Source of the DNA: Mobula hypostoma
Taxonomy: Eukaryota
Reading direction: 5' to 3'
Assembly (NCBI RefSeq): GCF_963921235.1
Contig: NC_086098.1
Coordinates: 1,426,001 to 1,490,000, forward strand
DNA: 64,000 nt
Each line of letters opens with the position of its first letter. The first letter of the stretch is position 1. Below are positions 1 through 11,391 of the stretch, piece after piece. The translations under genes and the position numbers were made by a program. A model generated the notes under the pieces. It was not told where the DNA came from. It saw only the letters and a list, made by a program, of their open reading frames with translations, and did no database searches.

Positions 1-1325
1 TGATGTGATGTTGAGGATCTATAAGGTACTTGTAAGACCACATGGAGTATTGTGTGCAGTTTTGGGCTCCTTATTTTAGAAAGGATATACTGACTTTGGA
101 GAGGGCTCAGAGAAGATTCACAAGAATGATTCCAAGAATAAAAGGGTTACCGTATAAGAAACATCTGGGAGCTCTTTGGCTGTATTCCATGGAGTTTAGG
201 AGAATACTTTATACTTATATTGTCGCCAAACAATTGATACCAGAATGTACAACCATCACAGTGATATTTGATTCTGCGCTTCCCGCTCCCTGGATTACAA
301 ATTGATAGTAAATATTAAAAATTTAAATTATAAATCATAAATAGAAAATAGAAAAATGGAAAGTAAGGTAGTGCAAAAAAAAAGGAGAGGCATGTCCAGA
401 TATTTGGAGGGTACGGCACAGATCCGGGTCAGGATCCAGTCTTATCACAGTTGGAAAGAAGCTGTTCCCAAATCTGGCCGTATGAGTCTTCAAGCTCCTG
501 AACCTTCTCCCAGAGGGCAGATGGATGAAAAGTGTGTTGGCTGGGTGGGTCGTGTCCTTGATTATCCTGGCAGCACTGCTCTGACAGCGTGCGGTGTAAA
601 GTGAGTCCAAGGACGGAAGATTGGTTTGTGTGATGTGCTACGCCTTGTTCACGATCTTCTGCAGCTTCTTTCGGTCTTGGACAGGACAACTTCCATACCA
701 CGTTGTGATGCACCCTAGAAGAATGCTTTCTACGGTGCATCTATAAAAATTAGTGAGGGTTTCAGGGGACAGGCCAAATGTATTTAGTTTTCTCAGGAAG
801 TAAAGGTGTTGGTGGGCCTTCTTGGCAGTGGACGCTGCTTGGCTGGACCAAGTCAGGTCATTTGTGATATTGACCCCGAGGAACTTAAAGCTTTGGACCT
901 GCTCCACTTGCGCACCACCAATGTGAATTGGGTTGTGCGGTCCTCTACTCCTTCTGAAGTCAACAAATAAGGAGTTATCTCATAGAAACATTCCGAATGT
1001 TAAACGGCTTGAGTAGGGGAGTCTAGGACAAGAGGGCACAACTTCAGGATTGAAGGACATCCATTTAGAACAGAGATGTGGAGAAATTACTTTGGTCAGA
1101 GGGTGGTAAATCTGTGGAATTTGTTGCCACAAGCAGCTGTGGATGCCAGATCAATGGGTGTATTTAAGGCAGTGATAGGCTGTTGATTTGCCAGGGCATC
1201 AAAGGGTATGGGGAGATGGCAGGGGATGGGGATGACTGGAAGAATTGGATAAGCCCATGATTGAATAGTGAAGCAGGCTCGATGGGCTGAATGGCCTACT
1301 TCTTCCTCTATATCTTACGGTCTTA
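1..1325 (+). mobile_element. CR1 LINE 3' fragment (ORF2 C-terminus and 3' UTR), split by a Rex1/Babar insertion at 207-965
   Basis: ORF 42-305 reads EYCVQFWAPYFRKDILTLERAQRRFTRMIP, the CR1 ORF2 C-terminal motif. CR1 sequence resumes at about 966 and ends in a CR1-type 3' UTR near 1325. Confidence 0.85.
207..965 (-). mobile_element. Rex1/Babar-type LINE, 5'-truncated (ORF C-terminus and 3' UTR)
   Basis: ORFs 638-907 (FKFLGVNITNDLTWS..LYFLRKL..FYRCTVESILLGCITTWYG) and 335-610 (IIKDTTHPANTLF..LPSGRRFRS). Possible AATA duplication at 203-206 and 966-969. Confidence 0.8.
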
Positions 1326-2128
1326 AGTTACAGAAGCAGTAAAGCAGATAATCTCGTGCCGACAAGCCCAGTCCCCATCTGGAAGAACAGGTATCATCCC
1401 TGGATGCAATGGTTAAAAAGCTCAACTCAGACAATTGGAGTCAGCTGACTGTGATTTCCGCACTAACAGCCGCCATCCGTAAGCTTGCTGTGGACAGCCA
1501 GCGTTAGCTGACTGTCATTAACATTCTCGCTAACGCAATTCAGCAGCCTCTAGCCACCTCAGTCCCACTCCCAGCATCTCGCAGGTCCTGCTTTTCTGCT
1601 GCCCCCGACAATCTCTGCCTCTAATGCTCCCATCTGCACACCAGACCAGGACTGACTCCCACCAGCATACAGGAAACGGGCAGATATTCTGGTGATCCCG
1701 ATGGTTGCAGGAAATTTATTGCCCAATGCAAACATGGCCATTAGATGTGCTGAAAGTTGTCTTCCACATATCCCCTTCTCTTATACAAACCAGATTATAA
1801 GCATTGCTCAGATCAATTTTGGAAAACATGGTTACTCCCTGGAGATGTTTGTATGTGTATACCTGAGTGTGGCCATCTCTGTGTGTGCATGAGTAAGTGA
1901 GAGCGTGTGTATGTGAGTATGACTGTGTGTGGGTTATTGTGTGTGTGAATATGTTTTGTGTACATGTGAGGAAGAAACAAGGGGGTCTTTTCTGGTTGGC
2001 TGCCAGTGACTAGTGGTGTTCCTCAGGGGTCAATATTGGGACCCCTACTTTTTACATAGTTTGTCAATGATTTCGATAATGGAATTGATGGCTTTGTGGC
2101 AATGTTTACGGATGATAGACTGGCAAAT

Positions 2129-3910
2129 AATACCTTGGGCAAGAGTGACCATAATATGGTGGAATTCTTCATTAAGATGGAGAGTGACATAGTTAATTCA
2201 GAAACAAAGGTTCTGAACATAAAGAAGGGTAACTTTGAAGGTATGAGATGTGAATTAGCTAAGATAGACTGGCAAATGATACTTAAAGGATTGACGGTGG
2301 ATATGCAATGGCAAGCATTTAAAGATCGCATGGATGAACTGCAATAATTGTTCATCCCAGTTTGGCAAAAGAATAAACCAGGGAAGGTAGTGCAACCGTG
2401 GCTGACAAGGGAAATTAGGGATAGTATCAATTCCAAAAAAGAAACATACAAATTAGACAGAAAAAGCGGCTCACATGAGGACTGGGAGAAATTCAGAGTC
2501 CAGCAGAGGAGGACAAAGGGCTTAATTAGGAAAGGGAAAAAAGATTATGAGAGAAAGCTGGCAGGGAACATAAAAACTGACTGTAAAAGCTTTATTAGAT
2601 ATGTGATGAGAAAACGATTGGTTAAGAAAAATGTAGGTCACTTACAGTCAGAAACAGGTGAATTGATCATGGGGAACAAGGACATGGCAGACCAATTGAA
2701 TAACTACTTTGGTTCTGTCTTCACTAAGGAAGACATGAATAATCTTCTGGAAATAGTAGAGGACCGAGAGTCTAGTGAGACGGAGGAACTGAAGGAAATA
2801 CACGTTAGTAGGGAAGTGGTGTTAGGTAAATTGAAAGGATTAAAAGCAGATAAATCCCCAGGGCCAGATGGTCTGCATCCCAGAGTGCTTAAGGAGGTAG
2901 CCCAAGAAATAGTGGATGCATTAGTGATAATTTTTCAAAACTCTTTAGATTCTGGACTAGTTCCTGAAGATTGGAGGGTGGCTAATGTAACCTCACTTTT
3001 TAAAAAAGGAGGGAGAGAAAAACCGGGGAATTATAGACCAGTTAGCCACCCTATAGATTAGGTGAGTGGGCAAATTCATGGCAGATGCAATTTAATGTGG
3101 ATAAATGTGAGGTTATCTACTTTGGTGGCAAGAACAGGAAAACAGATTATTATCTGAATGGTGGCCGATTAGGAAAAGGGGAGGTGCAACGAGACCTGGG
3201 TGTCATTATACACCAGTCATTGAAAGTGGGCATGCAGGTACAGCAGGCGGTGAAAAAGGCGAATGGTATGCCGGCATTCATAGCAAGAGGATTCGAGTAC
3301 AGGAGCAGGGAGGTACTACTGCAGTTGTACAAGGCCTTGGTGAGACCACACCTGGAGTATTGTGTGCAGTTTTGGTCCCCTAGTATGAGGAAAGACATTC
3401 TTGCCATAGAGGGAGTACAAAGAAGGTTCACCAGATTGATTCCTGGGATGGCAGGACTTTCATATGATGAAAGACTAGATCGACTAGGCTTATATTCGCT
3501 GGAATTTAGAAGATTGAGGGGGGATCTTATTGAAACGTATAAAATTCTAAAGAGATTGGACAGGCTAGATGCAGGAAGATTGTTCCCGATGTTGGGGAAG
3601 TCCAGAACGAGGGGTCACAGTTTAAGGTTAAAGGGGAAGCCTTTTAGGATCGAGATGAGGAAAATCTTCTTCACACAGAGAGTGGAGAATCTGTGGAATT
3701 CTCTGCCACAGGAAACAGTTGAGGCCAGTTCATTGGCTGTATTAAAAAGAGGGAGTTAGATATGGCCCTTGTGGCTAAAGGGATCAGGGGGTATGGAGAG
3801 AAGGCAGGTACAGGGTTCTGAGTTGGATGATCAGCCATGATCGTACTGAATGGCAGTGCAGGCTCGAAGGGCCGAATGGCCTAAACCTGCACTATTTTCT
3901 ATGTTTCTAT
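2129..3910 (+). mobile_element. Young CR1 LINE, 5'-truncated, with the RT core deleted at about 3046-3056
   Basis: ORF 2348-3061 ([21 protein letters not shown]) joins directly to ORF 3085-3759 (MQFNVDKC..HLEYCVQFWSP). Ends in a (TTTCTATG)n tail. Confidence 0.9.
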
Positions 3911-4006
3911 GATATGAAGATAGGTGGAGGTGTAGGTAGTGCTGAGGAAGCAATGCGATTTCAGCAGGACTGAGACAAATTGGAAGAATGGGCAAAGAGG
4001 TGGCAG

Positions 4007-4718
4007 ACTGAAGCGTCTGGTGTTCCCAATGCAGCCTTCGATATATTGGCGTGACCCGGTGCAGACTGGGAGACAGTTTCGCTGAACATCTACGCTCTGT
4101 CCGCCAGAGAAAGCAGGATCTCCCAGTGGCCACTCATTTTAATTCCACATCACATTCCCATTCTGATATGTCTATCCACGGCCTCCTCTACCATAAAGAT
4201 GAAGCCACACTCAGGTTGGAGGAACAACACCTTATATTCCGTCTGGGTAGCCTCCAACCCGATTGCATGAACATTGACTTCTCTAACTTCCGTTAATACC
4301 CCTCCTCCCCCTCGTACCCCATCCATTATTTATTATATATATATTCTTTTTTTCTCTCTCCTTTTTCTCCCTCTGTCCCTCTGACTATACCCCTTGCCCA
4401 TCCTCTGGGTTCCCCCCACCCCCCTTGTCTTTCTCCCTGGGCCCCCTGTCCCATGATCCTCTCATATCCCCTTTGCCAATCACCTGTCCAGCTCTTGGCT
4501 CCATCTCTCCCCCTCCTGTCTTCTCCTATCATTTTGGATCTCCCCCTCCCCCTCTCAAATCTCTTACTAGCTCTTCCTTCAGTTAGTCCTGACGAAGGGT
4601 CTCGGCCTGAAACGTCGACTGCACCTCTTCCTAGAGGTGCTGCCTGGCCTGCTGCGTTCACCAGCAACTTTTATGTGTGTTGCTTGAAATTCCATTATCC
4701 GCAGATTTCTTCGCGTTG
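4007..4718 (+). mobile_element. Penelope-like element 3' end: GIY-YIG endonuclease fragment plus pseudo-LTR
   Basis: Translation WCSQCSLRYIGVTRCRLGDSFAEHLRSVR..LPVATHFN..LEEQHLIFRLGSLQP..MNIDF (ORF 4051-4296) is the PLE GIY-YIG domain. It is followed by a pyrimidine-rich UTR and a hammerhead motif. Confidence 0.88.
4585..4620 (+). ncRNA. Minimal type-I hammerhead ribozyme in the Penelope pseudo-LTR
   Basis: AGTC-CTGACGA-AGG(GTCTCGG)CCT-GAAA-CGTC-GACT. Stem I AGTC/GACT, core CUGANGA, stem II AGG/CCU, GAAA, palindromic ACGU in place of helix III, GUC cleavage triplet ending at 4616. Confidence 0.8.
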
Positions 4719-4933
4719 GTAGATTGAATATAGTGTTGGGAAATGTATGATAAGGTATTCTGGTAAAAGGAAATGGAGAGACAGTTCAAACATCAGAGAC
4801 GCAGAGGGACTCAGGAGTCCTTGTGCAAGGTTCCCAGAAGGTTAATTTACAGATTCAGTCTATGGTAAAGAAGGCAAATGCAATGTTAGCATTTATTTCC
4901 AAGGGGAATAGAATAGGAGATAATGCTGAGTGG

Positions 4934-4934
<1 letters not shown>

Positions 4935-4985
<51 letters not shown>
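4935..4985. repeat. (TG)n microsatellite, about 25 units
   Basis: Perfect TG run read directly from the sequence. Confidence 0.95.
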
Positions 4986-4987
<2 letters not shown>

Positions 4988-6684
4988 ATGAATATGTGTG
5001 AGTGTGAATGTATAAGTGTCTCTGTATGTGAGTGTGTGCAGGTGTGAAAACTCTTGGAGGATCAGAGGGATCTTGGGGTCTGAGTCCACAAGACACTCAA
5101 AGCTGCTGTGCAGGTTGACTCTGTGGTTAAGAAGGCATGTAGTGTATTGGCCTCCATCAACTGTGGGATTGAGTTTAAGAGCCGAGAGGAAATTTCCTCA
5201 CCAGAATTGAAACGCCACCCCTTTCAGCGGGATCTGGACAAATCAGCACTGATGTATCAAGGACCTCAGACACTCCCACATCAGCCTCCGAGAACTCCAA
5301 CTTCACTGACAAATAACCGTCATACGGATAATCACTAGCACTAAGCCCCCAGATCTCCAGTGCCCTGAATGGGGTTAAGGGTAAATGCTTCAGATACTGG
5401 TTGTAAAACAAATGGTACAACAACGTGACCTGCAACCCGGTGTCGAGTATGGCTTTAGCTTCTATCCGTAGCGACATACTGGAGCGTGGACCCACTAAGC
5501 ATTCAGGAATTGGGCCTTTCGCTTTCAGGGGTACATTGCTGGGAACGTGTTCCCCCAAAGACACCAGGCCGTTTCCTCACTGGGTCTCCTCTAGGTTTTC
5601 CCAACGACTCTCCCTGCTGAGGTACCCAGGGGCTCACTCTCCTTCTCGCATGACACCTGCTGCCAGCAGCCCTCCATATTGTCCATCCCCTTGGGGGATC
5701 TGTGCCCCCATCAGCTCCATCATATGGGGGGGGGGTCACACCCACTGATTACAGCCAAGACATCTCAGTTCTCAACTCTGCCACAATCTCCTCTACCGGT
5801 CACTGGGGCAGGCTATTTGTGGTCATTTCACCACAAGGGACTACTACCGAGGACTGTACCCTGCTGACAGAGCCGTCCCGCACCTCTGATGCGTTCTCCT
5901 CCTCCCGTACCTCTCTGATCAGCTCAACAAAAGAGAGAGGGGGGCGCGTCTTATGGGACTGTCGGAGACCCCAAGCAATCAGGTCCTGGGACTGGGCGCC
6001 CTTGGCTATCTGGTCCACTCTTAACTGATCTACCTCAACCGCCTGAATGACCCCTCTGCCAGTGAGGGTCATTCAGCTGCCTGAATCACCCTTACTGGCA
6101 AGCAATTTAGCTGCCTCCCTAGCTGAAAAATGTAAACAGAAATCTTCTCCCCCTTCTCCTGACACATGTTCTGAAACCCCACCATGAGCTCCCGTGGGCT
6201 CCCTTTCGTACCAAAGTCTAGCTAAGGGTTAGCGTGTTTTCACAGCTGTCACATCAGTGGCCCACCCACTCAAACTTTCAACCAACCTCTGTCTTTTATG
6301 TCATCAGAGCACTGCCACTGAGAGGTCTGCTCCGCCCAAGCCTCATACTCCTCCTCCCCTTTAGGGGTGGGCGTTATTCCAGAGAATAGGCGGACACTAC
6401 CATAGCTGTGACTTTGAACCTGGGCTTTTTGTTATTTATTCGCTAGAGAGGTAAGGGTGGATACTACCTCAGAATTCTCACTTTTCACTGGGGGACAGGC
6501 ACTAATTAGACACTCCAAATCCGACCACTCCTTCCCCTCACTCCTCAGAAACAACAGAACCCTGTCTTTGATGTCTCTGCCCCCAGCTATGGGAAGCTCG
6601 AGTTGCGGTTCGGCCCGCTCCGCTACATCTCCTTCTCCATGACAGTATGGACAGACCATGGTCCCACCTCACCTGGGGCACCAG

Positions 6685-9600
6685 TAGAAACATAGAAACA
6701 TAGAAAATAGGTGCAGGAGCTGGCCATTCAGCCCTTCGAGCCTGCACCACCATTCAGTAGGATCATGGCTGATCATCCAACTCAGAACCCTGTACCTGCC
6801 TTCTCTGCATACCTCCTGATCCCTTTAGCCACAAGGGCCATATCTAACTCCCTCTTAAATATAGCCAATGAACTGGCCTCAACTGTTTCCTGTGGCAGAG
6901 AATTCCACAGATTCACCACTCTCTGTGTGAAGAAGTTTTTCCTAATCTCGGTCCTAAAAGGCTTCCCCTTTATCCTCAAACTGTGACCCCTCGTTCTGGA
7001 CTTTCCCAACATCGGGAACAATCTTCCTGCATCTAGCCTGTCCAATCCCTTTAGGATTTTATACGTTTCAATAAGATCCCCCCTCAATCTTCTAAATTCC
7101 AACGAGTATAAGCCTAGTCCAGGAGTCCCCAACCTTTTTTGCATTGCGGACCGGTTTAATATTGACAATATTCTTGCGGACTGGCCGACCGCGGGGTGGG
7201 GGTAGGGTTGCAAACGGACAAGAGTAGCAGTCAAAAGCGTTTACCAAAGAAAGACTACAATGGCCATGAAGCCTTGCGCGGAACCAGCGCGCATGCGCGT
7301 CGTGACCTGCCGATTCTGGGTAATACACTCAATTTTATTTCTAAAAGGGTTTATCTAACGAATTTAATATTAAACACACAGCGCATATTTTCCTCGCATG
7401 AATACAGTGATAAGTCAATTATTAGGGGAGGACAGGGGAGCTTGAAGTGTTGAACGAACTTCCAGGAGAAGGCAGGTTCGATATTATCATTTAAAGAAAA
7501 ACTGGATAGGTATATGGTATATGGACAGGAAAGGAATGGAAGGTTATGGGCTGTGTGCAGGTCGGTGGGTCTAGGTGAGAGTAGCGTTCGGCACGGACTA
7601 GAAGGGCCGAGAAGGCCTGTTTCCGTGCTGTAATTGTTATAGGGTCACATAAATCAATAGCATCATAACATTTCAAGTAACATTTGGATATTAAATACAC
7701 AGCACATATTTCCCCCGTATGAACATATAAAATCATTGCAACACACCAATATCGCTGAATCAGTGGGAGCCCTGGGCTTGTTTCCCTGCAACAACACGAT
7801 CCTATCGAGGGGTAATGGGAGACAGCGATACTCGAAGGGGGTTCCTTATGTCCAGTCTGTTCCGCAGTTTAGTTTTCGTTGCATTCATTGCAGAAAACTC
7901 CACTTCGCAGAAAAATGTTGGAAATGAAAGCAACGCTTCCAGTGCTTTCGTGGCTATCTCAGGATATTTAGCCTTGACTTTGATCGAAAATACCGACAGA
8001 GATGTGATGTCAAACATACTTTTCAGCCCGTCGTCATTTGCAAGCTGGAAGAGTTGATCTCCTTCCCACCCTGACACGGATGATGCGCGGGTAATGACCT
8101 CGCATGCGTAGCGGCTGAACAGTGCGTGACAGGGAATGAGGAAAGGTGCGGCTGACTCACATCGCTTCCTCGCGGCCCGGTAGCGCATGCTCTGCGGCTC
8201 GGTACCGGTCCGCGGCCCGGGGGTTGGGGACCGCTGGCCTAGTCGATCCAGTCTTTCATTATGTGAAAGTCCTGCCATCCCAGGAATCAATGTGGTGAAG
8301 CGCCGTGTCATCCGCAAATTTGGAGATGCTGCATTTAATTCCCTCATCTAAGTCATTAATATATATTGTAAACAATTGGGGTCCCAGCACTGAGCCTTGC
8401 GGTACCCCACTAGTCACTGCCTGCCATTCTGAAAAGGTCCTGTTTATTCCCAGTCTTTGCTTCCTGTCTGCCAACCAATTCTCTATCCACATCAATACCA
8501 TACCCCCAATGCCGTGTGCTTTAAGTTTGCACACTAATCTTCCGTGTGGGACCTTGTCAAAAGCCTTTTGAAAATCCAAATATACCACATCCACTGGTTC
8601 TCCCCTATCCACTCTACTAGTTACATCCTCAAAAAATTCTATGAGATTTGTCAGACATGATTTACCTTTCACAAATCTATGCTGACTTTGTCCGATGATT
8701 TCACCGCTTTCCAAATGTGCTGTTATCACATCTTTGATAACTGACTCTAGCATTTTCCCCACCACCAATGTTAGGCTAACTGGTCTATAATTCCCCGGTT
8801 TCGCTCTCCCTCCTTTTTTAAAAAGTGGGGTTACATTAGCCACCCTCCAATCCTCAGGAACTAGTACAGAATCTAAAGAGTTTTGAAAAATTATCACTAA
8901 TGCATCCACTATTTCTTGGGCTACTTCCTTAAGCGCTCTGGGATGCAGACCATCTGGCCCTGGGGATTTATCTGCCTTGAATCCCTTCAATTTACCTAAC
9001 ACCACTTCCCTACTAACATGTATTTCCCTCAGTTCCTCCATCTCACTAGACCCTCTGTCCCCTACTATTTCAGGAAGATTATTTATGTCCTCCTTAGTGA
9101 AGACAGAACCAAAGTAGTTGTTCAATTGGTCTGCCATGTCCTTGCTCCCCATAATCAATTCACCTGTTTCTGTCTGTAGGGGACCTACATTTGTCTTAAC
9201 CAATCTTTTTCTTTTCACATATCTATAAAAGCTTTTACAGTCAGTTCTTATGTTCCCTGCCAGGTTTCTCTCATAATCTTTTTTCTCTTTCCTAATTAAG
9301 CCCTTTGTCCTCCTCTGCTGGACTCTGAATTTCTCCCAGTCCTCAGGTGAGCCGCTTTTTCTGGCTAATTTGTATGCTTCTTCTTTGGAATTGATACTAT
9401 CCCTAATTTCTCTTGTCAGCCACAGGTGCACTACCTTCCTTGATTTATTCTTTTGCCAAACTGGGATGAACAATTGTTGTAGTTCATCCATGCGATCTTT
9501 AAATGCTTGCTATTGCATATCCACCTTCAACCCTTTAAGTATCATTTACCAGTCTATCTTAGCTAATTCACGTCTCATACCTTCAACGGTACCCTTCTTT

Positions 9601-10076
9601 AAGTTCAGAACCTTTGTTTCTGAATTAACTATGTCACTCTCCATCTTAATAAAGAATTCCACCATATTATGGTCACTCTTACCCAAGGGGCCTCTCACGA
9701 CAAGATTGCTAATTAACCTTTCCTCATTGCTCAATACCCAGTCTAGAATAGCCTGCTTTCTAGTCGGTTCCTCGACATGTTGGTTCAAAAAGCCATCCCG
9801 CATACATTCCAAGAAATCCTCTTCCTCAGCACCCTTACCAATTTGGTTCACCCAATCTATATGTAGATTGAAGTCACCCGTTATAACTGCTGTTCCTTTA
9901 TTGCATGCATTTCTAATTTCCTGTTGAAACCATCCCCAACCTCACTACTACTGTTAGGTGGCCTGTACACAACTCCCACCAGTGTTTTCTGCCCCTTAGT
10001 GTTATGCAGCTCTACCCATATCGATACCACATCTTCCCGGCTAATGCTGTTCCTTTCTATTGCGTTAATCTCCTCT
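6685..10076 (-). mobile_element. Young CR1 LINE (partial APE endonuclease, RT, 3' UTR), same subfamily as 2129-3910, interrupted by a hAT element
   Basis: ORF 8259-9491 (410 aa; [25 protein letters not shown]). EN fragments at 9546-10081 (VGVVYRPPN, SDHNMV). (TAGAAACA)n tail at 6685-6710. Confidence 0.92.
7120..8236 (-). mobile_element. Non-autonomous hAT (Charlie/Buster-type) DNA transposon
   Basis: TIRs CAGGAGTCCCCAACC (7120-7134) and GGTTGGGGACCGCTG (8222-8236). Perfect 8-bp TSD GCCTAGTC at 7112-7119 and 8237-8244. Transposase C-terminal dimerisation fragment YPEIATKALEALLSFPTFFCEVEFSAMNATKTKLRNRL at about 7802-8060. Confidence 0.92.
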
Positions 10077-10399
10077 ACCAACTGTTGGAAGCCAACAGTT
10101 CCACTACCGTTACGTCAGTGCTAGTCTGAACTAAAACAAGGTCTGAGCCTGTCATTTTATCATACCACCGCACTACAAACTCAACTTTGCCAACAGCTTC
10201 AACTGTACTCAAAAATCGAATTAACTATTCATCCAGGGTACGAATATTCACCTGACTCAACACGCACTCAGTAGTTACCGGTAACCCCATGGAGGCACAC
10301 CAGTGCTCCAACCCGCCAGCATCCACACCAGCACAGACTTAAACACACAACCCACTGGTTCAAAGCTCAGGGCAATCACACAGAATCCAACGGAATCAG

Positions 10400-10416
10400 T
10401 CCTGGACGAGCCCCCA
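10400..10416 (-). promoter_or_regulatory. Primer-binding site complementary to the tRNA-Pro 3' end
   Basis: Minus strand reads TGGGGGCTCGTCCAGGA, 4 nt after the LTR end. It differs by one base from the MLV-type Pro PBS TGGGGGCTCGTCCGGGA. Confidence 0.85.
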
Positions 10417-10420
10417 CAAT

Positions 10421-10971
10421 TGTAACCCTGAGATTCATCCAGCATATGTTTGTCTAGGGTAAGACAGCCTCTGGTCCAGCCAAACTGAGAAATTACATTT
10501 GTGTGGATGCCACGTGATGTGTTGCCCGGTTACAAATTCGAACCACAAAATATCAGACAGTACACTATATGCAATTAAATGATTGAACTTTATAAATCTT
10601 AATCTAACTACAGGGTTAGTAAAGAAAATAAAAAGTAAAAGTGCCCATTTTAATGAAACAGTCTAAGATGCATGCTGGAGCTCATGGATTCGTCCATTCA
10701 TTTCCCATCGACCTCCTCCGAGCGTTGTTGACAGTCGAACCCTCACTCCCAGTCCGCTCCGTCCACCAACTCTTTCCATTCGCATCTTCTCTCTTCATCT
10801 CTCGCCAACAAAAGACCGTGAAATCCCTGCTCCCAGACCCACAAGAAAGAACAACATGCCTCTCATTGGATAGCGCACATTCCAAAGCTCCCATTATCTT
10901 GAATCATATCCCAAACATTGCTGCTACAGAGAAACCATTACCTCAGCAGTGAAACATTACAGCACGTTACA
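10421..10971 (-). repeat. LTR of the Gypsy element (551 bp)
   Basis: Bounded by inverted TGTAAC...GTTACA termini, with the PBS immediately internal. Confidence 0.85.
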
Positions 10972-11391
10972 CCTGGATTGGGGAACATGCCTTATGAGAA
11001 TCAGTTGAGTGAACTCGGCCTTTTCTCCTTGGAGTGGCAGAGGATGAGAAGTGTATAAGGTGATGAGAGCCATTGATCATGTGGATAGTCAGAGGCTTTT
11101 TCCCAGGGCTGAAATGGCTAGCATGAGAGGACACAGTTTGAATGTGCTTGGAAGTAGGTACAGAGGAGATGTCAGGGGTAAGTTTTTTATGCAGAGAGTG
11201 GTGGGTGCGTGGAGTAGGCTGCCGGCGATGGTGGTGGAGGCGGATACGATAGGGTCTTTTAAGAGGGTCCTGGATAGGTACTTGGAACTTAGAAAAATAG
11301 AATCTATGGGTAACCCTAGGTAATTTCTAAAGTAAGTACACATTCGACACAGCATTGTGGGCTAAAGGGCCTGTATTGTGCTATAGGTTTT

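Larger units (their letters stand above)
1985..4930 (+). mobile_element. Older CR1 RT fragment in three pieces (1985-2117, 3911-4006, 4720-4930) hosting a younger CR1 and a Penelope insertion
   Basis: The RT sequence continues across the pieces: [17 protein letters not shown], then MKIGGGVGSAEE..WAKRWQ, then IEYSVGKC. ATGATA is duplicated at 2112-2117 and 3909-3914. Confidence 0.65.
5189..10971 (-). mobile_element. Ty3/Gypsy LTR retrotransposon remnant (5' LTR, PBS, PNMA/Ma-type gag, aspartic protease; pol and 3' LTR lost), interrupted at 6685-10076
   Basis: Minus-strand translation near 6300-6420 gives YGSVRLFSGITPTPKGEEEYEAWAEQTSQWQCSDD (PNMA-like capsid). ORF 5175-5564 contains AILDTGLQVT (retropepsin DTG). 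LTR and PBS are at 10400-10971. Confidence 0.85.
5047..11391 (+). mobile_element. CR1 3' fragment (5047-5188 and 10972-11391) split by the Gypsy element
   Basis: QVDSVVKKA..GIEFKSRE lies before the insertion and PGLGNMPYE..YKVMRAIDHVDSQRLFP after it. The intervening CR1 segment is missing. Confidence 0.7.

Noticed and set aside
5175..6660. Domesticated PNMA-like host gene
   Set aside because: The gag is frameshifted, split by a CR1 insertion, and still linked to LTR, PBS and protease.
10400..10416. tRNA-Pro gene or tRNA-derived SINE
   Set aside because: Only the 3'-terminal 17 nt match, directly beside an LTR. This is a primer-binding site with no cloverleaf.
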